Of a DNA stretch of 64,000 bases, positions 49,426-58,867 are shown one piece after another (the first letter of the stretch is position 1; each line of letters starts with the position of its first letter). The position numbers and the translations under genes were made by a program. This stretch comes from Escherichia phage Bf23. The stretch is from the sequence record OR083247.1. One strand, given 5' to 3'. The notes under the pieces were generated by a model. It ran no database searches. It had not been told where the DNA came from and saw only the letters and a list, made by a program, of their open reading frames with translations.

Positions 49426-50742
49426 TTATTTACCACGGGAAATAGAGTAAATTCCATAGCGGAGCGCATCACAAAGGTGAGAGTTAGCATCATGACGTGG
49501 TTTTTCACGCGATAATTTCTCTTCACCTTCTTGGAAGTCCCACTTATAGTTCTGCAATGCATGAATTAAGGAAGAACATGAGGCATCCACAATAATCTTA
49601 CCCTGCTGGAATAACGCTTGCAAACATGCTAGGCCATCTAGGACAGATTTTTTAGCTGGAGCTGATGCAATTTCGTGCTCGTAAGCTAAGTCCTGGCGGA
49701 ACTGAGCGGCGGCAGAGTCAACAAAAATACGATCAACTTTATAACGATCTATACAGTGCTGAATATAAGCAGCATGCTGAGCTGTAGTTTTCTCCGCCTG
49801 CTGGTATTCTTCTAGTACATAGTAGGTATCCGTATCGTAATGATATTTAATAGTAAGAACTGCTGTAGGATCACGATAACCAACGTCAATACCAAGCAAT
49901 GTTTCGAATGCTTCATCATCTTTAAAGAAGTGACGCATACCTTTGAGGTCTTTAACATGATCGATAGCATTAAAGGTATCAAAGATCTGACCTTCGAATA
50001 CAGAGAAGTCAGCCTCGTATTCCTGGCGGAAGTAGTTTTTACTAACTGTACGCCGTGCTTCCTCAATGTCATTCAGGTCAGCACGTGGGTTATCACGGTA
50101 TGTACCATGAATAGATACCCAGTTAGGTAACGTATCATCAAATCCGTAGGCGTAAAATTCTTTAAACCAGTTACCTCCACGAGGTGTGGAAATAAATAGA
50201 GCCTTAGAGTTAGGTTTATCTAGAGTAGGACGCAGCTGAACCCTGAAGGCATCACCACCCACATCGGAAATTGCCGCTTCGTCAAAGATGATAAAATCAT
50301 ATGAACGTCCAACTGCGGAGTCAGCCTGGGCCGCGGAAGCTAGTTTAAATAGAGAACCATTAGCTAACTCAATCTCTTTATCTTTAGCGTTCTCACGTTC
50401 TGTTTGCAACCCATACTTCTTAATAAGACCACGAATCTGAGACCATCCGATATTGGCCAGTGAGTAGTTCGGGGCAACTACTAGTACCTTCACATTAGGT
50501 TCCAGCAATTTTAGGAACCCAAGTGTATATGCTATAAAAGATTTACCTACACGGCGTGATACACACGCCGTTACAAAACGATGTCTAGGGTCTTCTAGGG
50601 CATTGATAATTGCTATTTGAGGGCCGTTAGGTGTAATACCCTCTTGTGCTAATATTCCAGAAACAGGTAGACGGAAGAAACGTTTGTCTATTCCGAAATC
50701 AATAACGTCTACTGTATTAACATAGGGTCTTGATACTTCCAT
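49426..50742 (-). CDS. Terminase large subunit
   Basis: Walker A-like ACVSRRVGKS, Walker B FIIFDEAA, C-terminal nuclease-like region; canonical position. Confidence 0.85.
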   Translation of the reverse strand: MEVSRPYVNTVDVIDFGIDKRFFRLPVSGILAQEGITPNGPQIAIINALEDPRHRFVTACVSRRVGKSFIAYTLGFLKLLEPNVKVLVVAPNYSLANIGWSQIRGLIKKYGLQTERENAKDKEIELANGSLFKLASAAQADSAVGRSYDFIIFDEAAISDVGGDAFRVQLRPTLDKPNSKALFISTPRGGNWFKEFYAYGFDDTLPNWVSIHGTYRDNPRADLNDIEEARRTVSKNYFRQEYEADFSVFEGQIFDTFNAIDHVKDLKGMRHFFKDDEAFETLLGIDVGYRDPTAVLTIKYHYDTDTYYVLEEYQQAEKTTAQHAAYIQHCIDRYKVDRIFVDSAAAQFRQDLAYEHEIASAPAKKSVLDGLACLQALFQQGKIIVDASCSSLIHALQNYKWDFQEGEEKLSREKPRHDANSHLCDALRYGIYSISRGK

Positions 50743-51224
50743 TACTTTTTACCTCCAGTAGCTAGGGAAGTAATTAAGTCCATGTAGTTTTGGTCCCCAG
50801 CTCCAGCAATAATGTTATTCTGAATATTGGTCTGATTAGCAGGAGCACGGACAGCAGCTTTAGCTTTTTCTAACTCCACCATCATTTTCATCTCTTCCAT
50901 CTTCATTTTGTGTGCTTTCCAGAGAATATCCATAATATCCTGGTCAGAACCCATGCCAGTTTCTTCTAGCTCCTCTAGTTTACGTTTAATAACTTCATCT
51001 AGAACACCAAACAAACGATCCCTATTACGGAATCCACTTTCCATAAAAATATCATTTAAGTAGTTCTTAACTTCACTACGATTCATAATATCTCGGAAAG
51101 CAATTTCGGACATTCCAAGACTCCGTGCGGCAGAAGGCACATCACTGCCGCACTGTAAATAAGCTTCAATCACATCCATCCCTTCAGGGGACATAAGATC
51201 TGGTACTAATACATCATTTGCCAT
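50742..51224 (-). CDS. Putative terminase small subunit / HTH DNA-binding protein (160 aa)
   Basis: HTH-like segment [19 protein letters not shown]; directly upstream of and overlapping the terminase large subunit gene. Confidence 0.5.
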   Translation of the reverse strand: MANDVLVPDLMSPEGMDVIEAYLQCGSDVPSAARSLGMSEIAFRDIMNRSEVKNYLNDIFMESGFRNRDRLFGVLDEVIKRKLEELEETGMGSDQDIMDILWKAHKMKMEEMKMMVELEKAKAAVRAPANQTNIQNNIIAGAGDQNYMDLITSLATGGKK

Positions 51225-51234
51225 ATTTCCTCCT

Positions 51235-53022
51235 TTAGGTAAGGCGTTGAATTGTTACTCTTAATCTAGGTAAGAAGACGGCGGCGGATTCATTTGCATG
51301 TATAACCACACCTAGCTCAGCATTACCATTACCCAGATTTTTAATAGTATAAATAAACCCACTTCTACGAAATGTTAAATCATCTGGTCGGCTAGCCCAC
51401 CGTTGTGTATAACTATAGGAAGCTGTAGTATGAAATGGCACCAAATGGTTAGGAGGTAGGGTTAATATTTGATGAAATATCCCATCACCTCCTGTATAAC
51501 TTTGCTGCCTTCTCCCCTGCACTTGCCATGCAGTGCCACCATATGTTCGTATAGGACCTCCTGCTGTATTAAGATTTCCAGCAACCACCTCAGTAGTTAG
51601 GATTACTGTAGAGTTTGCATTTGGTAGCCCAAGACTTACTGTGGATAAGGCTACATACTTATTACCTGTACCCGGGTAAGAAGGGTTTATATCATCGCCT
51701 ATGTAAGTACTGGCTACGTTATTTGGTAGTAATCGTAAAGGCACTGACGAAGGTCCCCAAACAACCCCGTGCTCATTACCTATAGTATTATTGTTGGAAT
51801 TAACGTACCATTGTTTACCGGCGGAGAACTTGTAAATACTTATCTGAGACTTAGAACCCCCATAATTTACGGGAGACCATAGAGACCCCTTATTAGACCC
51901 CACAATTTCGCATCTTGCTGTAGTATCTCCAAATACTCCAGTATAAGCAACGTTATTTCCAATATATTCCATATCAGGCCTATACCCTAAGTTACCAAAA
52001 GCATTCTGATTAATAAATTTGTAGCTAGTATTTGGAAGACTAACACCTTTTATAGTAAAGTTAGAGGGGCTTATACGAATATCGGATCCAGTAAATGGAT
52101 TACTAGCAACGCTCATACCACCATTAGAGTACCTAAGATTCAGCACATACCAGATAACTTTGGTTGGAGTAATATTATAACTATCCTGCACATACTGCTT
52201 CTTTGCTGCTTGTGATGCTAAGTTAGATGTTGAGCCTCTACATACATAAACCTTATCTGGGTAGGTTGAAGAGTTGTATAGTACACTAACATTACTTGGC
52301 GTAGTACCTTTTTTACCAGCGTATCCACGTATATTGGAGTTACAAACATAAAACCAAGTATGCCCCCTTTTCCCCGCCCCTATAGGAGCCTGCCAGTTAG
52401 GGTGCCAGAAGTCAACATTACCACTATTTATCGATACTTTAGATGCTCCGGCTGGAAATCCTGCTAAAGTCCACGCTCTGCCCATAGCTTCAGCAGCGTA
52501 CGCCCCTCCTGGTCCGTATAAGTTAAACCCAGAAGCCTGTGATATAGTACCACCAGTACCTTGTCTAGCTATTGACTCCTCATGGCCTAGACTAGAGCTA
52601 TACGTATAGGTACCATGTGCTAAACTATTACCAGATGCAAAAGCTGATGTAAGACCTACTTCAGCACCAGCCCTACCAATAGGGGGGTCTTCAAAAAATG
52701 CAAGAAATTGTCCAACTTGGGATTGAGTACCATTCAAAAAACCACGATGAGTACCATTAATTTCAACAGCGGTTAGTATAACTCTACCAGGATCATTGCT
52801 CTTTAGATTAGCTATTACAGAAGGCATTTGGCATACAAAGAACCCATTACCCGCGTTACTTAACGCACTCTCATATGTACTCTCGACTAGAACAAATGGC
52901 ATATCAGAATGAAATATAGTATTGGCGTTAGGAGTTTTGTGAGCATTAATATCCCCACCATTCACCTTGTTTAGTGATAATACAGTTTTACCATCACTAT
53001 ATTTTCCAGCGAAAAAACCCAT
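51235..53022 (-). CDS. Receptor-binding tail protein, T5 pb5-like (595 aa)
   Basis: First gene of the late strand, divergent from llp; N-terminus MGFFAGK..TIFHSDM resembles my recollection of pb5. Receptor specificity cannot be read from sequence. Confidence 0.6.
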   Translation of the reverse strand: MGFFAGKYSDGKTVLSLNKVNGGDINAHKTPNANTIFHSDMPFVLVESTYESALSNAGNGFFVCQMPSVIANLKSNDPGRVILTAVEINGTHRGFLNGTQSQVGQFLAFFEDPPIGRAGAEVGLTSAFASGNSLAHGTYTYSSSLGHEESIARQGTGGTISQASGFNLYGPGGAYAAEAMGRAWTLAGFPAGASKVSINSGNVDFWHPNWQAPIGAGKRGHTWFYVCNSNIRGYAGKKGTTPSNVSVLYNSSTYPDKVYVCRGSTSNLASQAAKKQYVQDSYNITPTKVIWYVLNLRYSNGGMSVASNPFTGSDIRISPSNFTIKGVSLPNTSYKFINQNAFGNLGYRPDMEYIGNNVAYTGVFGDTTARCEIVGSNKGSLWSPVNYGGSKSQISIYKFSAGKQWYVNSNNNTIGNEHGVVWGPSSVPLRLLPNNVASTYIGDDINPSYPGTGNKYVALSTVSLGLPNANSTVILTTEVVAGNLNTAGGPIRTYGGTAWQVQGRRQQSYTGGDGIFHQILTLPPNHLVPFHTTASYSYTQRWASRPDDLTFRRSGFIYTIKNLGNGNAELGVVIHANESAAVFLPRLRVTIQRLT

Positions 53023-53047
53023 ATAATCTCCTATTATAAAAATGTAT

Positions 53048-53095
53048 TTGCTTTTATCTCTCTATTTTGCTATAATAGACTCATAAATTAGAAAT
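53048..53095 (+). promoter_or_regulatory. sigma70 early promoter for llp
   Basis: TTGCTT (53048-53053), 17-bp spacer, TATAAT (53071-53076), leader TCATAAATTAGAAATGGAGAG. Confidence 0.65.
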
Positions 53096-53107
53096 GGAGA
53101 GATAAAT

Positions 53108-53374
53108 ATGAAAAAGTTTGTGATTGCACTAGTTGCCGCAGTTATGTTATCTGGTTGTGCACCTGCTCCCAAACCATTTTGTACGGGATTTGTAAAATCT
53201 TTTGGTGGTGCGGGAGAGGAACATTACGGTCTCAAGGTTCAGAAAGTTCGTATTAAGGGAGATCGCTTTCCAGTAGTACAGCTCCGTACTAAGTTTGGGT
53301 GGTGGGATCTCAGTCAGTTTGACCTTAAATACGGTGATTGTAAATTTAAACTAGAGCAATCTAATTACCTGTAA
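53108..53374 (+). CDS. llp: Lipoprotein, Llp-like superinfection-exclusion (receptor-blocking) protein
   Basis: Signal peptide with lipobox MLSGCAP; small size; divergent from the pb5-like gene. Confidence 0.7.
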   Translation: MKKFVIALVAAVMLSGCAPAPKPFCTGFVKSFGGAGEEHYGLKVQKVRIKGDRFPVVQLRTKFGWWDLSQFDLKYGDCKFKLEQSNYL

Positions 53375-53550
53375 TTAGTATAAAGCAAAAAGACATCCAA
53401 GTAAACTAAATTTTTTATTTCTTGGACGGTATACTGGCAGAAACCACTATATAAGAAAAGTAGAAGTCCTTCTAGGAGTTCACAGGCATGGTTGGTTGTG
53501 CACAAATTATAGACTATTTTAAATATCACAGTTATAGGAGCATGAAAGAT

Positions 53551-53679
53551 ATGTCAAACAAAAGAAAGAGCAGACGCGGAGAAGTGTATGATAGCTGGAT
53601 TAATAGTTTTGGACTTGGGACTATCCTATTCTTTATTTTCGTAGGTTTTTGGTTAGCAGCTATGGCGGGGTGGATTTAA
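53551..53679 (+). CDS. Small membrane protein (42 aa; start at ATG 53551 after RBS AGGAG)
   Basis: Basic N-terminus KRKSRRGE then hydrophobic helix GTILFFIFVGFWLAAMAGWI; first of four overlapping small ORFs. Confidence 0.4.
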   Translation: MSNKRKSRRGEVYDSWINSFGLGTILFFIFVGFWLAAMAGWI

Positions 53680-53786
53680 TGGAATGGGTAATTATTGCAT
53701 TGCTAGGGATTGTGATTATCGGGCAATGTATTTTAGATAATCACTTAGCTAGAATTGAAACTTTATTAACGGAGAAACGTAAATGA
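53679..53786 (+). CDS. Small membrane protein (35 aa; not in the ORF track)
   Basis: ATG overlaps the upstream stop (TAATG); MEWVIIALLGIVIIGQCIL.. hydrophobic helix. Confidence 0.35.
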   Translation: MEWVIIALLGIVIIGQCILDNHLARIETLLTEKRK

Positions 53787-53977
53787 TAGAAGTAGTAGCT
53801 ACACTAATAGTAATACTAGTCTGGGCAACTTTCATTGTTTCTTATAACGCGTATGTTCGCCTAAAAACTCTAGAAGCTCAAGTAAAACAACAACAATTTG
53901 CGCTAGAAAAATTAGTAGAACTGCAACGTTGTGATAGTACCCGCATTCTACAAATTGAGAGGGAATTAGATGTTTAG
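53783..53977 (+). CDS. Small membrane protein with coiled-coil tail (64 aa)
   Basis: ATGA overlap with the upstream ORF; N-terminal helix ATLIVILVWATFIV, then ..LKTLEAQVKQQQFALEKLVEL.. Confidence 0.45.
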   Translation: MIEVVATLIVILVWATFIVSYNAYVRLKTLEAQVKQQQFALEKLVELQRCDSTRILQIERELDV

Positions 53978-54215
53978 TATTATAGTTGCTTTTATTATCG
54001 GGATAATCGCGGGAGTTTTCGGAATGACTGCGGCTATTAACAAGCATCGTAAGTATACTGCGGAAGTATCGCGGGAGATTGCGGAGAGGGAGCGGAAGTT
54101 TGATGAGAAACGTGCGGAGTTTGAGCGGGAGTGGTCGGATGGATCTCGGGCGTCGCGGAAGAGATTTCGTGAGTTTAGACCTGAACATCGGTTTGATGAC
54201 CCTTCTATGCGCTAA
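53970..54215 (+). CDS. Small membrane protein with highly charged E/R/K-rich C-terminal helix (81 aa)
   Basis: 8-nt overlap with the upstream ORF; N-terminal helix IIVAFIIGIIAGVFGMTAAI, tail REIAERERKFDEKRAEFEREW; GAG/CGG-rich codons. Confidence 0.45.
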   Translation: MFSIIVAFIIGIIAGVFGMTAAINKHRKYTAEVSREIAERERKFDEKRAEFEREWSDGSRASRKRFREFRPEHRFDDPSMR

Positions 54216-54379
54216 TTAACTTTTTGCCAAATTTCATAAGATTACACATGAGGATGTGCTCACTGCCTCCGGCGAAAATACTTAGTCTGCTAACCGCCAC
54301 ACCCGTTATTATTACCATGCTAACTGTTTCACCCTGCAACCATTTTAATTGCAAGGTGAAACAATTTCAACCTTAATTA

Positions 54380-55114
54380 TTATGCGACTTTTAGTTTTTC
54401 AATATATTGTTGCGGGCTGCAACTATATTCTGCGCGTTCTTCCTCGGTCATACTTTCCCAACATAATTGCAAGCGATCGGCTAGGAACTGATAATCATTA
54501 TCATCGTCGAGCGATTCATCGATAAAGGTTTCACCTATCAATGTCACGCCGATTGATAGAATATCATTAATAGCTTGTGCGTCCAGCGTTTTAAACCCGT
54601 ATGATGCCGCCGCCGATAGCACGCCCTTATGATCATCAATCATCGTGAAATCAGCGTTTGGATATAGCTGTTTAAATAACTCAAAGTAATGGCTTTTATA
54701 TATAGCATCTTTACTGTGGTATATTTCGCTAACTTTATCAGCCTCAAAATATTTGTGTAGTGTGTCGCGGGAAAATACACGGATATTACTATCCCCACGC
54801 CCTCGCAGTCCTTGTTTGCGTAGGTAATAATAATCTGACTTACTCATCAGTCGAGCGGTACAAATAATGTTTAACGTGTTAACGTCATTCATACATTGGC
54901 GCATATATGTAACAAGCGGCAATAGTGTGTCCTGCATTATTAAATCATGTTTACATGCTTCATTCTTATATTTATTTAAATCTAAATTACCATCGTTATC
55001 AAAGCAAGGCGCTACGCGATGGAATGAGTTAACGATAGTGCCGTCCAGATCCCAGATCATGACGCGGGAAATATGCGGGAAATTACGGGTAATATTCGTT
55101 TTAACTTGATTCAT
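54380..55114 (-). CDS. dmp: 5'-deoxyribonucleotidase, HAD family, T5 Dmp-like (244 aa)
   Basis: HAD motif I in VMIWDLDGTIVNS; size and position among pre-early-type genes. Confidence 0.65.
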   Translation of the reverse strand: MNQVKTNITRNFPHISRVMIWDLDGTIVNSFHRVAPCFDNDGNLDLNKYKNEACKHDLIMQDTLLPLVTYMRQCMNDVNTLNIICTARLMSKSDYYYLRKQGLRGRGDSNIRVFSRDTLHKYFEADKVSEIYHSKDAIYKSHYFELFKQLYPNADFTMIDDHKGVLSAAASYGFKTLDAQAINDILSIGVTLIGETFIDESLDDDNDYQFLADRLQLCWESMTEEERAEYSCSPQQYIEKLKVA

Positions 55115-55188
55115 TTTGTTACGTTCTCCATTAAAGGGATTAAATTAAATTAATCCAGCCCACTGGATGGGCTGGGCTATTCCAGCTA

Positions 55189-55584
55189 TTAAAGACCATA
55201 AGCCAACGCATCAGCGATGACGGTAATATCTTCACCCGATACATCGGAACGGATGCCCGCGCATGTAAATACTTTTGCGCTCATTAGCTGATCATCAAGG
55301 CAAGCGGGACAAGGGGCAACTACTGCGAAAGCTAAACCTGATTTTACGGCATCGATGATAATCGTTTCTTGTTTCACCGTGTCAATATAAACGCCTTTCG
55401 CCTTGATGCGGCTGGATAACTTGCCCGTGGTATAGGCGAAAGTAGTGATCTGTAGCGCCTCGTTAAACTCGATTAAATCATCGACAACGTGACCGGCCTC
55501 AACGTGATACCGCTCACCATTAGAATAAACTAGGACGATAGAAGACTGAGCGCGATCGAATGGAATACGGTTAGAAATAGCCAT
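55189..55584 (-). CDS. Hypothetical protein (131 aa)
   Basis: ORF in the - strand pre-early chain; GC-richer codons. Confidence 0.5.
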   Translation of the reverse strand: MAISNRIPFDRAQSSIVLVYSNGERYHVEAGHVVDDLIEFNEALQITTFAYTTGKLSSRIKAKGVYIDTVKQETIIIDAVKSGLAFAVVAPCPACLDDQLMSAKVFTCAGIRSDVSGEDITVIADALAYGL

Positions 55585-55653
55585 GTTTATAACTCCAATT
55601 AATTTAATAAACTTTTATAGCGGCGGTATATTTCAACCGCCAACCTGATTTAT

Positions 55654-57318
55654 TTACGCAAAAAATTTACCATTCTTAAAGTCAATCAAGGTGCGCTGAC
55701 CGTTTGCATAGGTAATAACATGCGTTTGTGTCCAGCTTGACGCGCCAACGTTGTAACCCATGTCCAGACTACCAGACACGCCAGCGGTGTATACGCCGCC
55801 GTAAATACTGGCGGTATGAGTGTGCCCCGTGTTCAGTTTACCCAATTTCTTAAATTGCTTCGGATTGCCACGGCTCCCGTTAATGCCATTGTGACCGTGT
55901 ACGCCGCATTCAATGCCTGCAATCTTGAAAGATTGGTCAGTCGTTAGGAAAATGGCGTTAAACTCGCAACCTGCAACCTTGCGCAACGCATAATCTAGCA
56001 CGTTGAAAGTATCGTCTTTTTCTGCAATAGCTCCATAAATCGCGGCATTAAGGCGGTGATATAGTTCGGCGTTGGCTGGATCGTCTTTGATGTTAGCATT
56101 ACGATCATCCAGCCAACGGGATAGCGCCAGATCGTGGTTTGATTCTACGATGATCGTTTGAGAAAAATCGCGCTCCATTGATTCCAACACGCGACCGGTA
56201 TCGATAAGATCATCCAGAACTTTATCACGTCCGGCGGCGTATTGTTTTGCTAGGAATACACCCGAAGCGCGATTGTGATGGTTGCGTGATGTAAAATCAT
56301 GCACGTCATGGACAAATTGATATTTTGGTTTAAGAATATCAAGCAAGCTATTTTCGCCAGCCCATGACGCAGCGGCGCAATCATCATCCAGTTTTTCAGC
56401 GTGGACGTCGCCATATTGTAAACCTAAAACGTGCCCCGTTGTTTCATAGCATCCGGCGGGAGTAGCGCAAACATTCAGATCGTAAAAAACGCCGCTTTCG
56501 TCCATAGTTTCAAGCTGGCGCACAAAAAACTCACCGTCCTCGTCGAACTCGACAACAAGCGCACCGAAATTATGCAACGCTTCCGCTTTCTGTCCTGCTT
56601 TCTGCTGGATGTAGTTTTTTAGCGTTGCCGTGCCGGTTGAATACATACGGCGCACTACTTCACCTTTTAAAGCTGGGACGCTCTCGGCGGTGATTTTAGC
56701 CGCTCCAATTGCCAGACCTTCAAGGTTGAGCGCGGTTGCAGTTTCAGCAAATCCAGAAAGCGGATAATCTGCGGTAGGTAAAACGTTAATTTCAGCCATG
56801 AAAGCAAAGCGGCGATTATTCAAAAACACGTTTTTATTGCAGATATATTTGTCAAATGCGGAATCATATTTGATTCCTTCGGCGCCCTCGCCATTTTGAA
56901 AACCGTTTTTGTTATAAATAAACTTGCTAACCAGCAAATCAGCGCCGATATATTTAGCAAATTGCTCCAGTGAGGCTAAAAAGTTTTTATGCGGGAAAGT
57001 ATTATTCTGAATCGACGTAATAATAAAGCGTTTACCCTGCTTTACTTCCCAGCTTTCAACCGTGCTAGAAACAATCCCCGCCGCTTCTGGGCGCTCATCG
57101 TTTTTAATGGCTTTTGCTACTTTCGCCGCTTTCGGTTTAGCTGGTTTATTTGCTTCCAACCAATCACAAATCGCGGTCGAGTGTTTTGTAGTATCATAGA
57201 CCGCCTTTGATATATCGTCGCAGACTTCCAGTTTAGTGGCGCGCAGACGTTTACCATAGAAATTAAAGTCAGCGGCCATTTTCAGGATAACGGTTTGTTT
57301 TTCTGCGGAAATAATCAT
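55654..57318 (-). CDS. A1: Pre-early protein A1-like (554 aa), putative metallophosphoesterase-type nuclease
   Basis: Size close to that recalled for T5 A1; metallophosphatase-like His clusters (..GVHGHNGINGSRG.., ..GHTHTASIYGG..); neighbours dmp and A2-like genes. Confidence 0.65.
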   Translation of the reverse strand: MIISAEKQTVILKMAADFNFYGKRLRATKLEVCDDISKAVYDTTKHSTAICDWLEANKPAKPKAAKVAKAIKNDERPEAAGIVSSTVESWEVKQGKRFIITSIQNNTFPHKNFLASLEQFAKYIGADLLVSKFIYNKNGFQNGEGAEGIKYDSAFDKYICNKNVFLNNRRFAFMAEINVLPTADYPLSGFAETATALNLEGLAIGAAKITAESVPALKGEVVRRMYSTGTATLKNYIQQKAGQKAEALHNFGALVVEFDEDGEFFVRQLETMDESGVFYDLNVCATPAGCYETTGHVLGLQYGDVHAEKLDDDCAAASWAGENSLLDILKPKYQFVHDVHDFTSRNHHNRASGVFLAKQYAAGRDKVLDDLIDTGRVLESMERDFSQTIIVESNHDLALSRWLDDRNANIKDDPANAELYHRLNAAIYGAIAEKDDTFNVLDYALRKVAGCEFNAIFLTTDQSFKIAGIECGVHGHNGINGSRGNPKQFKKLGKLNTGHTHTASIYGGVYTAGVSGSLDMGYNVGASSWTQTHVITYANGQRTLIDFKNGKFFA

Positions 57319-57414
57319 AGTAATAAAGCTCCATTAAAGGGATTAAAAACGTTTGTTATTGGCAAATATTGCCAAATATAACGCCTTGAATAATAGGCGT
57401 TATAATTTGCAACA

Positions 57415-57612
57415 TTAATTTAAAGGCATAAGGCTAGAACTAACACCACAAGCAACGGCGGCAATAAAACAAATCAGACCTAAACGCTTTGCCAATTTAG
57501 ACTTACGCTTAAAATAATATGAATCTAAATCATTTTGAAAGTATGCAAATAATAATGAGGCCGCCATAATAAATAAGCCTAGAATTAACGATTCAGTGGG
57601 GTAAAAGATCAT
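57415..57612 (-). CDS. Small membrane protein (65 aa; start moved to ATG 57612 with RBS GGAG)
   Basis: Two hydrophobic helices; the upstream in-frame extension to 57660 would read through a perfect 20-bp palindrome. Confidence 0.4.
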   Translation of the reverse strand: MIFYPTESLILGLFIMAASLLFAYFQNDLDSYYFKRKSKLAKRLGLICFIAAVACGVSSSLMPLN

Positions 57613-57669
57613 TTTAATAACTCCAGTCAAAGGGAAATTATAGTGGGGAATATTCCCCACTAATTAAAT

Positions 57670-58086
57670 TTATTCACCTGCGGCTTGTTTTACTTCATCG
57701 GCAACGCCTAACAGTTGCGCCACGGCGTCCAGCGTTTCTAACTTTGCGCTTTCCAGACTTGCCAAATCGTCGGCGTCTTTGATAATGCCGGAATCAATAG
57801 CATGTTTAGCGATAACGCGTACATAATGAGCTTTGCGAATTGAACTACCGCCGCCAACTTTGCGCGGCTTATCGCTTTTCTGATACGCTTTCGCGCTGGT
57901 CAATTTTGAGCGAACAGACACGGGAGAAGCCGCGCCAACTGTTTTAGCAATCTCTTTCAGGCCGTCGCTGTTGGCGAACTCCAAGCCGTTTTCGTTGATC
58001 AACTGTTGATACATGGTAACAGCCTGTTGGGTGTTTTCTTCATTCCAAGCAAATTTTGCGGATTTTTCGGTTTTAACGTTAGCCAT
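57670..58086 (-). CDS. A2: Pre-early protein A2-like, putative DNA-binding protein (138 aa)
   Basis: Size and position relative to the A1-like gene; Lys/Ala-rich. Confidence 0.55.
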   Translation of the reverse strand: MANVKTEKSAKFAWNEENTQQAVTMYQQLINENGLEFANSDGLKEIAKTVGAASPVSVRSKLTSAKAYQKSDKPRKVGGGSSIRKAHYVRVIAKHAIDSGIIKDADDLASLESAKLETLDAVAQLLGVADEVKQAAGE

Positions 58087-58184
58087 GATTATAACTCCTA
58101 TTGAATTAATTTAAGGGATAAGATTAACATAATGTTAATCGTTATATACCCCAAACTACTGGGGTATATAAAGTTAACACTAAG

Positions 58185-58436
58185 TTATAAAACAGCTTCC
58201 CATTTTTCGTTGCGTTGAACAACCTTTACAACGTCGCCGGATTTAACGCGAACGCTAAAAACGGTTTTGCCGTTGTTACTACGTTCATTTTCAGCGTATA
58301 CCGCGTCGATTGTATCAAACGGCATAAGCGCCACACCTTTAATGCGTTCGGTTTTTCCGGTTAATTCGTCCGTTTTAGTAACGAAAGGAATAAAAACGGA
58401 TTGACCAATTTTAGGCGCGGTAATAACGTTTTTCAT
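58185..58436 (-). CDS. Hypothetical protein (83 aa)
   Basis: ORF with RBS AGGAG; leader contains a 10-bp-stem hairpin. Confidence 0.45.
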   Translation of the reverse strand: MKNVITAPKIGQSVFIPFVTKTDELTGKTERIKGVALMPFDTIDAVYAENERSNNGKTVFSVRVKSGDVVKVVQRNEKWEAVL

Positions 58437-58663
58437 AGTATAAACTCCTAGTTATTTGGGGATTGTTCCGCATTACCTGCTAGAAAGTAGCAGGTAATAA
58501 GAAAAAATCCGCTCGCCAATATAATCAATTTAAAGAACTCCACTCAGGCCGCTATATCCCAGTTAGGGGGCGGGACACATTATGGTAAGTGCCGACCGTC
58601 AAATTGTATCAAGTTATCGCTCTTATCGAACTGGGTACATCTTAAAGCCTATCGGCTAGGGTG

Positions 58664-58867
58664 TCAAACAATTTTTTGCAGTTTTTTATGATTTTCTTTC
58701 AGGTCAATCATAATATTTCGCCAGATCATTTCCAGACCTTGCTGGCGGCCTTTCTTGTACTGCGTGAATCTATATCTTACGGATTGTTGAGCTACTGTCA
58801 ACAATTTTTTAGTAGTAACATCTAATTTTTTAGCTGGTTTACCAGTGATCAAAAGCGTTTGTTTCAT
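58664..58867 (-). CDS. Small basic protein (67 aa) bracketed by 24-bp inverted repeats
   Basis: Lys/Arg/Gln-rich ORF with RBS AAGGA; inverted repeats at 58633-58654 and 58904-58927. Confidence 0.4.
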   Translation of the reverse strand: MKQTLLITGKPAKKLDVTTKKLLTVAQQSVRYRFTQYKKGRQQGLEMIWRNIMIDLKENHKKLQKIV

